From an uncultured Chloroflexia bacterium (lineage in GTDB: Bacteria > Chloroflexota > Anaerolineae > Anaerolineales > Anaerolineaceae): a stretch of 64,000 bases of DNA. The position numbers and the translations under genes are program-made. Shown here in pieces: positions 38,803-49,074 of the stretch; within the stretch, counting starts at the first letter, position 1; every line of letters starts with the position of its first letter. The stretch spans positions 19,457 to 83,456 of the forward strand of contig CAWHGB010000003.1 of the NCBI GenBank assembly GCA_963828855.1, read 5' to 3'. The notes under the pieces were generated by a model. It saw only the letters and a list, made by a program, of their open reading frames with translations, did no database searches and had not been told where the DNA came from.

Positions 38803-40125
38803 ATGTCTAAGAAATTGTTCGGAATGATTGCAGTGGTCATGATCAGCGCGATGGTGCTGGCTGCCTGCGCGCCTGCCGCTGCAACCGAAGCTCCCGCTGC
38901 ACCCGCAGCTACTGAAGCCCCTGCAGCTCCCGCCGCACCTGCGGGGAAAACCCCGGTGGAAGTTTTTTCCTGGTGGACGACCGGTGGTGAAGCCAACGGC
39001 CTGCAGAAACTGATCGATCAGTTCAATGCTGCCCATCCGGATGCCGAAGTGATCAACGCTGCTGTTGCTGGTGGCGCTGGTTCCAACGCCAAGGCAGTCC
39101 TCAAGACCCGTATGCTTGGTGGGGATCCCCCCGATTCCTTCCAGGTTCACATGGGTCACGAACTGCTGGATACCTGGGTAAAAACCGGTTACATGGAAGC
39201 CCTGGATGATGTTTATGCCCAGTATGGTTTCAATGATGCGTTTGCCCCGGGCGTCCTCGCAATTGTTTCTGACCAGGGTCATCCCTACTCCGTTCCCGTG
39301 AACATCCATCGCGCTAATGTGCTCTGGTACAACAAGGCTGTTTTTGAAGCAAATGGCTTGACCGCTGCCGATGTAGCCACTTTTGAAGGATTCATGGCTG
39401 CAGCAGATAAACTAAAAGCAGCTGGGATCACTCCGCTTGCCCTTGGCGATAATGGCCCCTGGGCAGCCACCCACCTTTTCGAGACGGTCCTGATCGGTAC
39501 ACTCGGAGCCGAAAAGTACATCGGCCTCTGGGATTGCACTACCGACTGGAGCGGCCCGGAAGTGACCAAAGCCCTGGAAAACTTCAAGATGATGCTCGGC
39601 TACATCAATGCCGATCACACCGCACTCTCCTGGGACCAGGCCAACCAGCTGGTCATCGACGGTAAAGCTGCCATGACCATTATGGGAGACTGGGCGAACG
39701 GCGATTACACAGCCAAGGGATTCGAAGGTTATGGCTGGGCGCCTCCTCCTGGAAATACCGGGATCTTCGATGCCCTCTCCGATTCCTTCGGACTACCCAA
39801 AAATACCAAGAATCCCGCTTTGATGAAAGAATTCCTGGGTGTGCTTGGATCCAAGCAGGGTCAGGAAGATTTCAACATCCTCAAAGGCTCAATCTGCGCC
39901 CGCACGGATTGCGATTACAGTAAATTCAACGCTTATCTGCAGGGCTCTGCCGCTGACTGGAAGAAGGACACCATCGTGCCCTCCCTGGCTCACGGCGCAG
40001 CTGCTTCAGAAGGCTGGTTGACCTCGATCAACGACCTGATGCCGGTCTTCGTCGCCAATGGCGATGTGACCGCTTTCCAGGCTGGTTTGGTCCAGGCTGG
40101 CAAGGATGCCGGCGTTTGCAAGTAG
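38803..40125 (+). CDS. ABC transporter extracellular solute-binding protein (carbohydrate, family 1)
   Basis: 440 aa with a lipoprotein signal (LAAC), an Ala/Pro/Thr linker and an SBP_bac_1-like body. Confidence 0.8.
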   Translation: MSKKLFGMIAVVMISAMVLAACAPAAATEAPAAPAATEAPAAPAAPAGKTPVEVFSWWTTGGEANGLQKLIDQFNAAHPDAEVINAAVAGGAGSNAKAVLKTRMLGGDPPDSFQVHMGHELLDTWVKTGYMEALDDVYAQYGFNDAFAPGVLAIVSDQGHPYSVPVNIHRANVLWYNKAVFEANGLTAADVATFEGFMAAADKLKAAGITPLALGDNGPWAATHLFETVLIGTLGAEKYIGLWDCTTDWSGPEVTKALENFKMMLGYINADHTALSWDQANQLVIDGKAAMTIMGDWANGDYTAKGFEGYGWAPPPGNTGIFDALSDSFGLPKNTKNPALMKEFLGVLGSKQGQEDFNILKGSICARTDCDYSKFNAYLQGSAADWKKDTIVPSLAHGAAASEGWLTSINDLMPVFVANGDVTAFQAGLVQAGKDAGVCK

Positions 40126-40160
40126 GCTGGAATCCTGTTTGAAAGTTTAATACTATAATT

Positions 40161-40193
40161 AACGTGGGGCCGGCCGCAAGACCGCCCCACGTT
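40161..40193 (+). other. Intercistronic stem-loop between the binding-protein and permease genes
   Basis: aacgtggggc-(13 nt)-gccccacgtt forms a 10-bp stem. The following T-run is weak. Confidence 0.5.
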
Positions 40194-40217
40194 AAATTTT
40201 TGTCCGGGAGTTCCTCA

Positions 40218-41234
40218 ATGCACTGGCGTCTCAACCGTGACCGTCTGATTGCAATCCTGGTACTAACCCCATCGGTTATTGCGGTCCTCATTTTTATTTA
40301 TGGCTTTATAGCCTGGACAGGTTGGGCTTCCACGCTGAACTGGAACGATATGATGTCCATTCCCAAAGGGTCGCTTTTTCCCCTTACCAACTCCATCCAG
40401 CTTGATAACTATATCCGCTTATTCACTGCCGACCAGCGCTTTCAGCTCGATCTGCGCAACACGGTCGTTTTCACTGTTTTCTTTATCGGCTCCTGCCTCG
40501 CGATCGGGTTGAGCCTGGCGATTTTTCTTGACCAGCGTATCTGGAATGAGGGGTTCTTCCGTTCGATCTATCTCTTCCCGATGGCGGTTTCCTTCATCGT
40601 TACAGGCGTCGTGTGGCGCTGGCTGCTTAATCCTGGAAGCCCGGAGGCACCCGTCGGGGTAAACCAGCTGCTCACCAACCTGGGGTTGCCATTCCTGCAA
40701 TCCAGGTGGTACACGAACCCGAATGCGCTTTATTTCACCCCTGATTCACCGGTAGGTCAATTTTTAACCCAGATCGGGTTGGGCGCTGTTACCACGCCGA
40801 ATTTTGGAATATCCGTTGCCATGCTCTCAGTGGTGCTTGCGGCGGTCTGGCAAATGTCGGGATACACCATGGCGCTTTATTTAGCCGGGCTGCGAGGGGT
40901 TCCGGATGAGCTGCGCGAAGCCGCCCGCGTGGATGGCGCCACCGAGTTCCAGATCTACCGCCGGGTGATCATGCCTCTGCTTGCTCCCATCACACTGAGC
41001 GCGGTGATCATTCTTGGACATATTTCCTTGAAGATATTTGACCTGGTATCAGCAATGACCGGACCGGGACCTGCCTTTGCCACTGATGTTCCGGCATACT
41101 ATATGTTCGACACCGTTTTCCGCGGTAACCATTTTGCCCGCGGGGCGGCCATCGCCATCATCCTGTTGATCAGCGTGGCAGTGCTTGTAGTTCCCTACCT
41201 GGTGAACGCCATGCGGACGGAGGTGCACCGATGA
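40218..41234 (+). CDS. Carbohydrate ABC transporter permease (MalF-like)
   Basis: Carries the EAA-loop motif ([24 protein letters not shown]). The start is taken at the Met at 40218 with an upstream ggag. Confidence 0.8.
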   Translation: MHWRLNRDRLIAILVLTPSVIAVLIFIYGFIAWTGWASTLNWNDMMSIPKGSLFPLTNSIQLDNYIRLFTADQRFQLDLRNTVVFTVFFIGSCLAIGLSLAIFLDQRIWNEGFFRSIYLFPMAVSFIVTGVVWRWLLNPGSPEAPVGVNQLLTNLGLPFLQSRWYTNPNALYFTPDSPVGQFLTQIGLGAVTTPNFGISVAMLSVVLAAVWQMSGYTMALYLAGLRGVPDELREAARVDGATEFQIYRRVIMPLLAPITLSAVIILGHISLKIFDLVSAMTGPGPAFATDVPAYYMFDTVFRGNHFARGAAIAIILLISVAVLVVPYLVNAMRTEVHR

Positions 41235-42187
41235 GCACCCGTGAACGTCGCGCGATCAAACCCACCCGCGTTATTCTTTACATGATCCTTGTGCTGGCAG
41301 CAGCTTTCTTCCTGGTTCCGGTATATATTTTGCTGGTCACCAGCTTGAAAAGTTATGCTGATGTGAATTTAGCCACCATGTGGGCTTTGCCCAGGCATTT
41401 ATCACTGGATAGCTTCATAAGCGCCTGGAACGGAGATCCCTCCAAGGGGACGATCGGGCTTTCCAATAATTTCTTGAACAGCCTCAAGTTGACGGTGCCA
41501 GCAGCGCTTTTTGCCGCGCTGGTGGGATCATTGAATGGTTATGTGCTGGCAAAATGGAAATTCCCGGGATCGAATTTCATTTTCGCTCTGATCCTCTTTG
41601 GCATGTTCATCCCGTACCAAAGTATCCTGATCCCATTGATGCTCACCATGCAGTCCTGGGGAAAAGCCTTCAAACCACTTCTCGAAAATGTTGCCACCTG
41701 GCAGCTGCCATTCTTCCTGGAATGGATCCGCTGGTTGATCCAAACCTATATCCCTGCTTATGGGACCATCGGCGGGCTTGCGATTGTCCACGTTATCTAC
41801 GGTATCCCGATCACCACGCTCATATTTAAGAACTATTATGCCGAGATCCCCGACGAGCTGCTTGAGGCGGGAAAGATTGACGGCGCGGGGTTCTGGGGGT
41901 TGTACCGCTATGTCCTATTTCCGCTCTCCATCCCCGGTTTCGTGGTGGTCATCATCTGGGAATTCCAATCCATCTGGAACGAATTCCTTTTTGCCGTGGT
42001 TCTCACCAATAACGCTGCCGTACAACCCATCACGGTTGCGCTCAATAACCTGGCTGGCAGCTATATCGTGGAATGGAACGTCCAGATGGCAGGTGCTCTA
42101 CTGGCGGCTCTGCCCACCCTTTTGATCTTCATCATCCTGGGTCGTTACTTTATGCGCGGTTTGCTGGCCGGATCTCTTAAGGGGTAA
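41231..42187 (+). CDS. Carbohydrate ABC transporter permease (MalG-like)
   Basis: Carries the EAA loop ([24 protein letters not shown]) and overlaps the upstream gene by 4 nt. Confidence 0.8.
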   Translation: MSTRERRAIKPTRVILYMILVLAAAFFLVPVYILLVTSLKSYADVNLATMWALPRHLSLDSFISAWNGDPSKGTIGLSNNFLNSLKLTVPAALFAALVGSLNGYVLAKWKFPGSNFIFALILFGMFIPYQSILIPLMLTMQSWGKAFKPLLENVATWQLPFFLEWIRWLIQTYIPAYGTIGGLAIVHVIYGIPITTLIFKNYYAEIPDELLEAGKIDGAGFWGLYRYVLFPLSIPGFVVVIIWEFQSIWNEFLFAVVLTNNAAVQPITVALNNLAGSYIVEWNVQMAGALLAALPTLLIFIILGRYFMRGLLAGSLKG

Positions 42188-42203
42188 GTATTCTTCGATT
42201 AAT

Positions 42204-42234
42204 AACCGCCGTCTGGGATTCCGGGCGGCGGTTT
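42204..42234. terminator. Stem-loop between convergent genes
   Basis: aaccgccg-(14 nt)-cggcggtt followed by tgttatt. Confidence 0.5.
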
Positions 42235-42235
42235 G

Positions 42236-43216
42236 TTATTTCCACGGAGCGCTGATTAAGTTTGTTTCAGGGTCCGCGGCATGTCCGAGAAGCGGCAGGC
42301 TCCAGGCTTCGGAGATCATCCGCAGCAAGGAATAGTGAGTATAGGGAGTGGGATCTTCGAAACCATTCTTAACCAGAGGTGAGATGAAAACTGTGGCGAT
42401 CCTTCCGCCACCGGTCTGCAGTCCACAGCAGGAATGATCCCCCTGACCTTCATCCCAGGTGAGCACGATCAAACCGTCGCGGACAAAATCCGGGTTCGCC
42501 ATCAGCTTATCCACCCAGGGCTGCAGCCAGGCATCCGCCACTTCCAGACCACAATCGTGGGCGTCGTTGCAGATATCAGGGGTGATGAAAATGAAATTGG
42601 GCAGTTTCCCTGTTTCCAAATCTTGCTCCAGCTCGGTGAGTGGTACCACCGAGCTCTCACAGCGAGCCTGATCCAGGCGGATATTATCAAAGTAAATGAA
42701 AGGATTGTGCTTCTGGAAATAACGCAGCGTATCCTGTTTAAAACAGGGTGCGGGCATGTGCTCCTGGTAAGTTTTCCACGTCAATCCGGCGGCTTCGATC
42801 AGGTCAGGCAGACTTGGCGCGTTTATGTAACAATCCACACAGGTATGATCGATCCCGAAGGTGTCTCCACCGATCATGGCGATATAGTTCGGCAGACTGG
42901 GATGCCGGATGGCGTAATGCTGGGTAAGCAGCGTGTAATCATTCGCCAGGCGGTTGAAATTGGGCATTTTTCTATTGTCAATGACCGTACTGAACTCCTT
43001 GTTCTCAAAAACGATCACTGCGATGTGGGAAAAACTCGGCACCGCCGGTTTGGGAGTGACGGTCTGGGTAGGAAAAGTTGTGGGGGTTGACGGGGAGTGG
43101 AGTGGGGGGATCGTTGGGATGGTCGTGAGTTCCACTTGTGTGGGGGAGGTGACAGGTGCGATGATACAGCCCGAGATCAGGATCGCTATACACGCCGGCA
43201 GAATTTTTCTCACCAT
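42236..43216 (-). CDS. Phosphoesterase-family protein (acid phosphatase/phospholipase C-like), secreted
   Basis: HIAVIVFENKEFSTVI...HPSLPNYIAMIGGDTFG is typical of the Phosphoesterase (PF04185) family. The N-terminus has a TM/signal segment and a PT linker. Confidence 0.7.
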   Translation of the reverse strand: MVRKILPACIAILISGCIIAPVTSPTQVELTTIPTIPPLHSPSTPTTFPTQTVTPKPAVPSFSHIAVIVFENKEFSTVIDNRKMPNFNRLANDYTLLTQHYAIRHPSLPNYIAMIGGDTFGIDHTCVDCYINAPSLPDLIEAAGLTWKTYQEHMPAPCFKQDTLRYFQKHNPFIYFDNIRLDQARCESSVVPLTELEQDLETGKLPNFIFITPDICNDAHDCGLEVADAWLQPWVDKLMANPDFVRDGLIVLTWDEGQGDHSCCGLQTGGGRIATVFISPLVKNGFEDPTPYTHYSLLRMISEAWSLPLLGHAADPETNLISAPWK

Positions 43217-43863
43217 TCCGCCTCATTCCATCCATGCGCGCCCCGTAAGGGAACAAAAGCCACCGGAAGGATGTCCTCGTGGTCTATGTGTTCTCCCCGT
43301 TTTTCCCAGCGCTGCAGCATCTGTCCCCAGTGGCCGCCCACCGGCAGAACCAGCCTTCCGCCATCCGCCAACTGCTCCAAGAGGATGGGAGGCGGAGTAG
43401 GGCACGCAGCGGTGACTAGAATGCCATCGAACGGGGCAAAATCCGCCAAGCCCAGGCTGCCATCTGCCTGGTGCACCTGAACATTTAGGTATCCAAGTTT
43501 CGATAAACGTTCCCGCGCCAGAGTGGCCAGTTCGGGCAGATATTCGAGCGTATGGACTGAACCTGCCAACAGGGAAAGTATGGCTGCCTGGTAGCCGGAG
43601 CCGGTACCCACCTCAAGCACGGTTTCCCGCCCCTGAAGATGCAGCAGCTCCGTCATGAGCGCAACAATATAAGGCTGCGAAATGGTCTGCCCGCCACCGA
43701 TGGGCAGAGGTCTATCTTCGGTTGCCGAGCGGCGCAGTTCCGGGGGGACGAATTCCCAACGCGGCACGCAGCGCATGACGTCCAGTACGCGTTCATCATG
43801 AACGCCGCGCGCTTCGATCTGCTCCGCCACCATTTGCACCAGCTCCGGTTGCGGGTCCATCAT
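43210..43863 (-). CDS. pcm: Protein-L-isoaspartate O-methyltransferase
   Basis: 217 aa with TISQPYIVALMTELL and VLEVGTGSGYQAA. Confidence 0.85.
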   Translation of the reverse strand: MMDPQPELVQMVAEQIEARGVHDERVLDVMRCVPRWEFVPPELRRSATEDRPLPIGGGQTISQPYIVALMTELLHLQGRETVLEVGTGSGYQAAILSLLAGSVHTLEYLPELATLARERLSKLGYLNVQVHQADGSLGLADFAPFDGILVTAACPTPPPILLEQLADGGRLVLPVGGHWGQMLQRWEKRGEHIDHEDILPVAFVPLRGAHGWNEAEW

Positions 43864-43883
43864 TCAATTATTGTACGACTTTC

Positions 43884-44961
43884 TCAGAGATACTTGTTGG
43901 CTTCCAGCAATGTTCGACTGATCATCCGGTCGAGCTTGCCCATGGGAAAGCTGCCAAGGTTGGAGATCGCCACCCAACGGATCTCGCTGGCCTCAAGCGC
44001 TTGCGGTTCTCCGGTTAGCAGGCTGCAGTAATATGCCCTGAGGGTCACCCGGAAGTGTGTATAGGCGTTTTGAAAGGAACCCAACTTCGCACCCACCTCC
44101 ACATCCGCGCCCAATTCCTCGCGGATCTCCCGGGCAAGGGCTTCCTCATCCGTTTCACCCGGCTCCACCTTGCCGCCGGGGAATTCCCACATACCGCCCA
44201 GCAACCCGTGGGAAGGACGGCGGGCTATGAGGACCTTCTCACCTTGACGGATCACCGCAGCTGTGACCTCGATACGCGGGACCTGTTGTTTCGGGGGAAC
44301 CACCGGCAATTCCGATTGGGTACCAGTACTGAATGCATCGCAATATTTATATACAGGGCACTCACCGCAACGTGGTTGACGCGGAAGGCAAAGCGTTGCA
44401 CCCAGGTCCATCATTGCCTGGTTGAAATTTCCTGCCTGCCCCACTGGTAAAAGATCCCTGGCTGCGGTAAGGAAATCAATTTCCGCCTGCGGGCTGCCCA
44501 GGGGACTTTGAATATTTACCACCCTTGCCAAAACGCGGCGAATGTTGCCATCGATAGCCGGCTCATCCAACCCGAAGGCGATGGAGGCTATGGCTGCTGC
44601 AGTATAAGTGCCAATGCCGGGAAGGCATGCGGATATCTTCCAGGCGGTTGGGAAACTTCCCCCCGAATTTCTCTAAAATCACATGGGCTGCTTTCAGCAT
44701 GTTACGCGCCCGCGCGTAATACCCCAGCCCTTCCCACGCGTGGAGCACTTCCTCTTCGCTCGCATTCGCGAGGGTTAGTAAATCTGGAAAAAGCGCCATC
44801 CAACGCAGGTAATAGGAACGGACAGTTTCCACCCGGGTCTGCTGGAGCATGATCTCCGAAACCCAAATCCGGTAGGGATCCTTTTGGTTACGCCAGGGCA
44901 TGGAACGGCTTGATGGCTCGTACCATTCAAGGAGCGCTTGCGAAAAACCTATTTTGGACAC
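43884..44961 (-). CDS. mutY: A/G-specific adenine DNA glycosylase; apparent frameshift near 44628
   Basis: N-terminus ...LLEWYEPSSRSMPWR..DPYRIWVSEIMLQQTRV. The frame switches at ...EDIR/LPGIGTYTAAAIASIAFGLDEPAIDGNIRRVLAR. The 4Fe-4S Cys cluster and NUDIX-like C-terminal domain are present. Confidence 0.85.
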
Positions 44962-44985
44962 TTAATTGATTATTCGAAAGGGGGG

Positions 44986-45288
44986 CTAGAACTGAAAACC
45001 GCCCTTGGCATGTATGATCTTCATCGAGTAGTTCTGAACGAAATCCATCAATTGGTCGTGCAGCTTGGACCATTCCGGAGAATGGGTGATCTGTTGAGCT
45101 TTGGCAAGGCTGGGCACGCGCGCATCCACTTGGATCTGCGGGCGCTGTCCGTATACGGTCGCCCAGGCATCGGTCAGGTCAAACCCAAGCCGCTGCACAC
45201 CCGGAATGAACTCGCGGATGACGAACTCGAAATATTCCTGCTCCTTATCGGGGGTGATATCCCAAGTGAGGATGAGTTTGACCGCCAC
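44986..45288 (-). CDS. Hypothetical protein (100 aa)
   Basis: Clean ORF lying 2 nt downstream of the MBL gene. I recognise no motif. Confidence 0.5.
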   Translation of the reverse strand: MAVKLILTWDITPDKEQEYFEFVIREFIPGVQRLGFDLTDAWATVYGQRPQIQVDARVPSLAKAQQITHSPEWSKLHDQLMDFVQNYSMKIIHAKGGFQF

Positions 45289-45290
45289 GC

Positions 45291-45947
45291 CTAATCCTTG
45301 TTGTGCCCGTATTCCAGGACGACGACCCTGGTTTCATCTGGCAAACTGCCCTTGCCGGTGACTTTGATGGATGGCACCGTTTCCACATTTTCCTGCCCCA
45401 TTTCCTTCAGGAATTTCTGCAGTGAATCCAATTTGAGGGTTGTGGCAGGAGTGCTATAGTGCATGGGAATGACGATGTTTGGTTCGAGAAGGCTCACCAC
45501 CTCCGCCGCCTTGGCGGCGTTCAGGCAACCGACCCCACCGATCGGGGTAAGGACGATATGCACAGGACCCAGGTCTTCCACCTCGGTCTGGCTGGGTACG
45601 CGGTTCAGGTCACCCAGGTGGAGGACTGTAATTCCGTTGTAGTCGAAAAGATAAAGGGTATTAACCGGCTCGCCTTCGGTTTTTTTAGTGTGCCCGTTGG
45701 TCTGTACGCCGGTGATGAAGACACCGCCGATCTCAAATTCCCCTGCGCCGTTGATGATACGCGGGTCACTCTTGACTGCTTGAGTGAAGTTGTGGCTGGG
45801 TGACTCATGACTGATGGTTACAATATCACCTTTGAGTTTGAGTGAGTCATACCCTACATGCCGGTGATCAAAGGGATCGCAAACAACTGTAGCCAGGTTT
45901 CGCTCAGTCAGGCGAAAGCAGGAATGTCCGTACCAATTTATCTCCAT
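45291..45947 (-). CDS. Metallo-beta-lactamase-fold hydrolase (UPF0173-like)
   Basis: 218 aa beginning MEINWYGHSCFRL. Confidence 0.7.
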   Translation of the reverse strand: MEINWYGHSCFRLTERNLATVVCDPFDHRHVGYDSLKLKGDIVTISHESPSHNFTQAVKSDPRIINGAGEFEIGGVFITGVQTNGHTKKTEGEPVNTLYLFDYNGITVLHLGDLNRVPSQTEVEDLGPVHIVLTPIGGVGCLNAAKAAEVVSLLEPNIVIPMHYSTPATTLKLDSLQKFLKEMGQENVETVPSIKVTGKGSLPDETRVVVLEYGHNKD

Positions 45948-46026
45948 GATCCTCCAAAAATCCGCCTTGATTATACTGTATTGCAGTTTCTCACGAGGGT
46001 TCGGGTTCGGTTAAAATGAGAACATT

Positions 46027-46569
46027 ATGGATTCAATAGATATCATTTTCAAACGACGCAGCATCCGCAAATTCACACCTCAACCAGTCAGCAAAGTGGA
46101 TATTGTATTATTACTGAAAGCTGCCATGGCCGCTCCTAGCGCGGTCAACAGCCAGCCCTGGGAGTTCATCATAGTGGAAGATCCCACGATATTGAAATCC
46201 CTGAAGAAAGTATCGCTCTTCAGCAACCGAAATGCTCCCCTGGCCGTGGTTGTTCTCGGCAGCCCTCAAAAAGCCGGTAACCCAGCCGGAGCGAAGTTTT
46301 GGATCCAGGATTGCTCCGCTGCCATGGAAAATATCCTCCTCGCCGCCGTCTGCCTGGGTATGGGCGGGGTGTGGATCGGCATCCACCCCATCCAGGGCGT
46401 GGAGGAAAAAGTCCGTGAACTGCTTCACATCCCTTCCTCCTCCACACCCCTGGGCATGGCACTCATCGGTTACCCGGCAGAGCAGAAGGAGCCGCTCACC
46501 CGGTATAAACCGAAAAAAGTTTACTGGCAGCAGTATGGTAATTCGGAACCCGAAGGATCCCGGTCATGA
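46027..46569 (+). CDS. Nitroreductase-family protein
   Basis: RRSIRKFTPQPV...APSAVNSQPWEF. Confidence 0.8.
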   Translation: MDSIDIIFKRRSIRKFTPQPVSKVDIVLLLKAAMAAPSAVNSQPWEFIIVEDPTILKSLKKVSLFSNRNAPLAVVVLGSPQKAGNPAGAKFWIQDCSAAMENILLAAVCLGMGGVWIGIHPIQGVEEKVRELLHIPSSSTPLGMALIGYPAEQKEPLTRYKPKKVYWQQYGNSEPEGSRS

Positions 46570-47198
46570 TCAAGGTTCGCGTGATCCTCGAAGATGCATT
46601 TGTGTATAAACGGATGGACGCCTCTGGCAAACCCCTGGCAGTGCTTTCCCCTGGGAGGGAATTCAGCCTGGGCAAGGTTTTCAAGGAGACCAGCGAGCGA
46701 TGGGTCGAAGCAAGCCTTCCGGATGGACGAGCAGGATATATCAAAGGCACTACCAAGTTGAGGGTGATCTATCCAGTCACGACCTCCAAGACTTCCTCCC
46801 TATTTCTATCAGCGGATAGGTCTTCCCTGGTGCTTACCGATCTCCCGGCGAGGAGTCTCGTGGAACTTGTCGATGTTATCGATGGGGGAATAGAATCCTG
46901 GTCCCTTGTTCGTCTGCAAGACGGTAGGGAAGGATACCTGCCGCCGGAAGTCAAATTCAAAAGAGATGAAAAGAAGAAGAAACGCAGCCCCGGGCAATAT
47001 GCGGTCTATGGCTCCGCGCTGGTCCTGATCGGGATCTTCGCCCGAAGGTACCTAGCCACGACGGTAAGCGGCATTGCTCTGGATTACCTGTCTTATGCGG
47101 GGATCGTGGCGGGTGGGGCGTTGATCATCTATTCCTTTTTCCTGGCAATGCGCGCGGAAACCTTGAAACGAAAACATTCTCCCCGGAATCGAAAATGA
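46566..47198 (+). CDS. Membrane protein with two SH3-like repeats and C-terminal TM helices
   Basis: An internal repeat is visible (...WVEASLPDGRAGYIKG... and ...WSLVRLQDGREGYLPP...), followed by two hydrophobic helices. Confidence 0.5.
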   Translation: MIKVRVILEDAFVYKRMDASGKPLAVLSPGREFSLGKVFKETSERWVEASLPDGRAGYIKGTTKLRVIYPVTTSKTSSLFLSADRSSLVLTDLPARSLVELVDVIDGGIESWSLVRLQDGREGYLPPEVKFKRDEKKKKRSPGQYAVYGSALVLIGIFARRYLATTVSGIALDYLSYAGIVAGGALIIYSFFLAMRAETLKRKHSPRNRK

Positions 47199-47322
47199 CT
47201 ACCCCCGGTTTACTGTCAGTTTGCAAAACCGCAAGGCAGGTTTTCTTGACGGATGTTTTAGGCTATGCTAAATTACTGTTGTAACCATTTGCGTCTATTT
47301 TGTTTGAACGCGGAGAGTACTC

Positions 47323-47700
47323 TTGGCTAAGACTAGAAATCAACGGATCATTGACCGCCTGTTGGATCTCCACTCCACCTCGCCGGATATTGTCGCTTCA
47401 GCGGTGGTGAGCGTGGATGGCCTGGCCATCGCCTCAGCCCTACCCGATGGAGTGGAAGAGGACCGCGTGGCAGCGATGTCGGCTGCAATGCTCTCCCTTG
47501 GTGAACGCATAGCCGCCGAGCTTGGAAGAGGCAGCCTGGACCAGGTCTATATCAAGGGCGCAGAAGGATATGTGATCCTCCTCTCTGTGGGGGATGAAGC
47601 CGTGCTCACCGGGCTGGCACGCGAGCAGGCCCGCCTGGGGCTCATCTTTCTGGATATGCGCCGCGCGGCGGAGGATCTTAAGAAGCTGCTGGAGGAATAG
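47323..47700 (+). CDS. Roadblock/LC7 (MglB-like) domain protein
   Basis: 125 aa with a TTG start. ...VVSVDGLAIASALP...AAMSAAMLSLGERIA...GYVILLSVGDEAVL matches the Roadblock/LC7 pattern. Confidence 0.7.
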   Translation: MAKTRNQRIIDRLLDLHSTSPDIVASAVVSVDGLAIASALPDGVEEDRVAAMSAAMLSLGERIAAELGRGSLDQVYIKGAEGYVILLSVGDEAVLTGLAREQARLGLIFLDMRRAAEDLKKLLEE

Positions 47701-47708
47701 AGGTTCAC

Positions 47709-48314
47709 ATGGGAACCAACCCCGATGGCGGTTATTTTCTTCCCAATAATTTTGTCCAACTGACCCTGCAAGCCTTCGAGGATGTAACCGGCTGCAATGC
47801 GGTAAAAGCTGTTCTCAACCTGGGGGGGCTCACCCACCTTGTAGGAAATTTTCCTCCATCCAATCCTGATAAAATATTTTCGTTCCACGACTTCGCGCGT
47901 ATTCTGAGCGGGTTTGAGGATCTCTATGGTCCCCGCGGCGGAAGCGCTCTCTCACACCGTGCTGGTGAACAGGCCTTTCTGGCTGGGGCTGGAACTTTCG
48001 GAGTGGATACCGGTCCGCACCCAGACTCTTTGACAGCCGGATTGGAGCGGGTAGCCTGGTATCTCAATTCTGCCTGCTCGGCGGATGCCTCTCTCGAAAA
48101 AATGCGTGGCGGCCTGAAGTTCAGCCTCGGGAGGTGCCCGGCTTGTACCGAGCGTTGGGCAGCCACTCCAGTTTGCCAATTCTTTACTGGTTTCTTGCGG
48201 GAAGCTGCCCGCTGGTCGCAATGTGGAAAACCTGCCTATGTGATCGAGACAGGCTGCATCGCTGATGGAGATGATGCCTGCGTGTTTGAAATCTTTTCCC
48301 GTCCTCCCAAATAA
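47709..48314 (+). CDS. V4R (4-vinyl-reductase-like) domain protein
   Basis: 201 aa. The C-terminus CPACTERWAATPVCQFFTGFLREAARW...ETGCIADGDDACVFEI matches the Cys-containing V4R small-molecule-binding pattern. Confidence 0.6.
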   Translation: MGTNPDGGYFLPNNFVQLTLQAFEDVTGCNAVKAVLNLGGLTHLVGNFPPSNPDKIFSFHDFARILSGFEDLYGPRGGSALSHRAGEQAFLAGAGTFGVDTGPHPDSLTAGLERVAWYLNSACSADASLEKMRGGLKFSLGRCPACTERWAATPVCQFFTGFLREAARWSQCGKPAYVIETGCIADGDDACVFEIFSRPPK

Positions 48315-48333
48315 CCCACACTCCGGAACTACA

Positions 48334-49074
48334 TTGAAAACCTGGATCGTCATCCCAACCTACAATGAAGCAGAGAATCTGCCGCCACTGCTGAAAGCGC
48401 TTTTTGAATTACCCCTAGAAGATGCAACTATCTTGATCGTGGACGATAACTCTCCCGATGGCACCGGGGAGCTGGTGGAAGAGCTCGGCCGTAAGTATAA
48501 AAACCGGGTCCGCTGCCTGCACCGTGCCGGGAAAATGGGGTTGGGAACGGCATATATTGAAGGATTTCAATACGCGCTTCGCGAAGGCGCCGAAGCCATT
48601 TGCCAGATGGACGCGGATTTTTCTCATCCGCTTGAAACGATTCCCCTGATGGCCAGGCTCGCCGCAGAATTTGACCTGGTGATTGGTTCGCGTTATGTCG
48701 CCGGTGGTGCCCTGGATGAGCGCTGGCCGCTCTGGCGGAGGTCCCTTTCCGGGTTTGGAAATTCCTACGCACGCACCATACTGCGATTGCCGGTGCATGA
48801 TACCACCGGGGGGTTCCGTTTCTGGCGGAGGGCAACGTTGGAGGGGATACCGCTGGAGCGTGTGCGATCCAATGGCTATGTTTTCCAGGTGGAAATGGTC
48901 TACCTCGCGCGCCTGCTGGGTTACAGCATGATCGAAACGCCGATCTATTTTGCAGACCGGCGCTGGGGAAAATCAAAGATGTCATTCCGAATCCAGTTGG
49001 AAGCTGCGGTTAAAACCTGGGCGCTGATAGGGCGTTACCGGGACTTGCGCCGAAAAGCTCTCAAGAAGAGCTGA
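48334..49074 (+). CDS. GT2 polyprenol-phosphate mannosyltransferase (Dpm1/Ppm1-like)
   Basis: (L)KTWIVIPTYNEAENL...LIVDDNSPDGT...QMDADFSHP. The start is probably the TTG at 48334, just after the V4R stop. The track ORF begins at 48265, inside the previous gene. Confidence 0.8.
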   Translation: MKTWIVIPTYNEAENLPPLLKALFELPLEDATILIVDDNSPDGTGELVEELGRKYKNRVRCLHRAGKMGLGTAYIEGFQYALREGAEAICQMDADFSHPLETIPLMARLAAEFDLVIGSRYVAGGALDERWPLWRRSLSGFGNSYARTILRLPVHDTTGGFRFWRRATLEGIPLERVRSNGYVFQVEMVYLARLLGYSMIETPIYFADRRWGKSKMSFRIQLEAAVKTWALIGRYRDLRRKALKKS

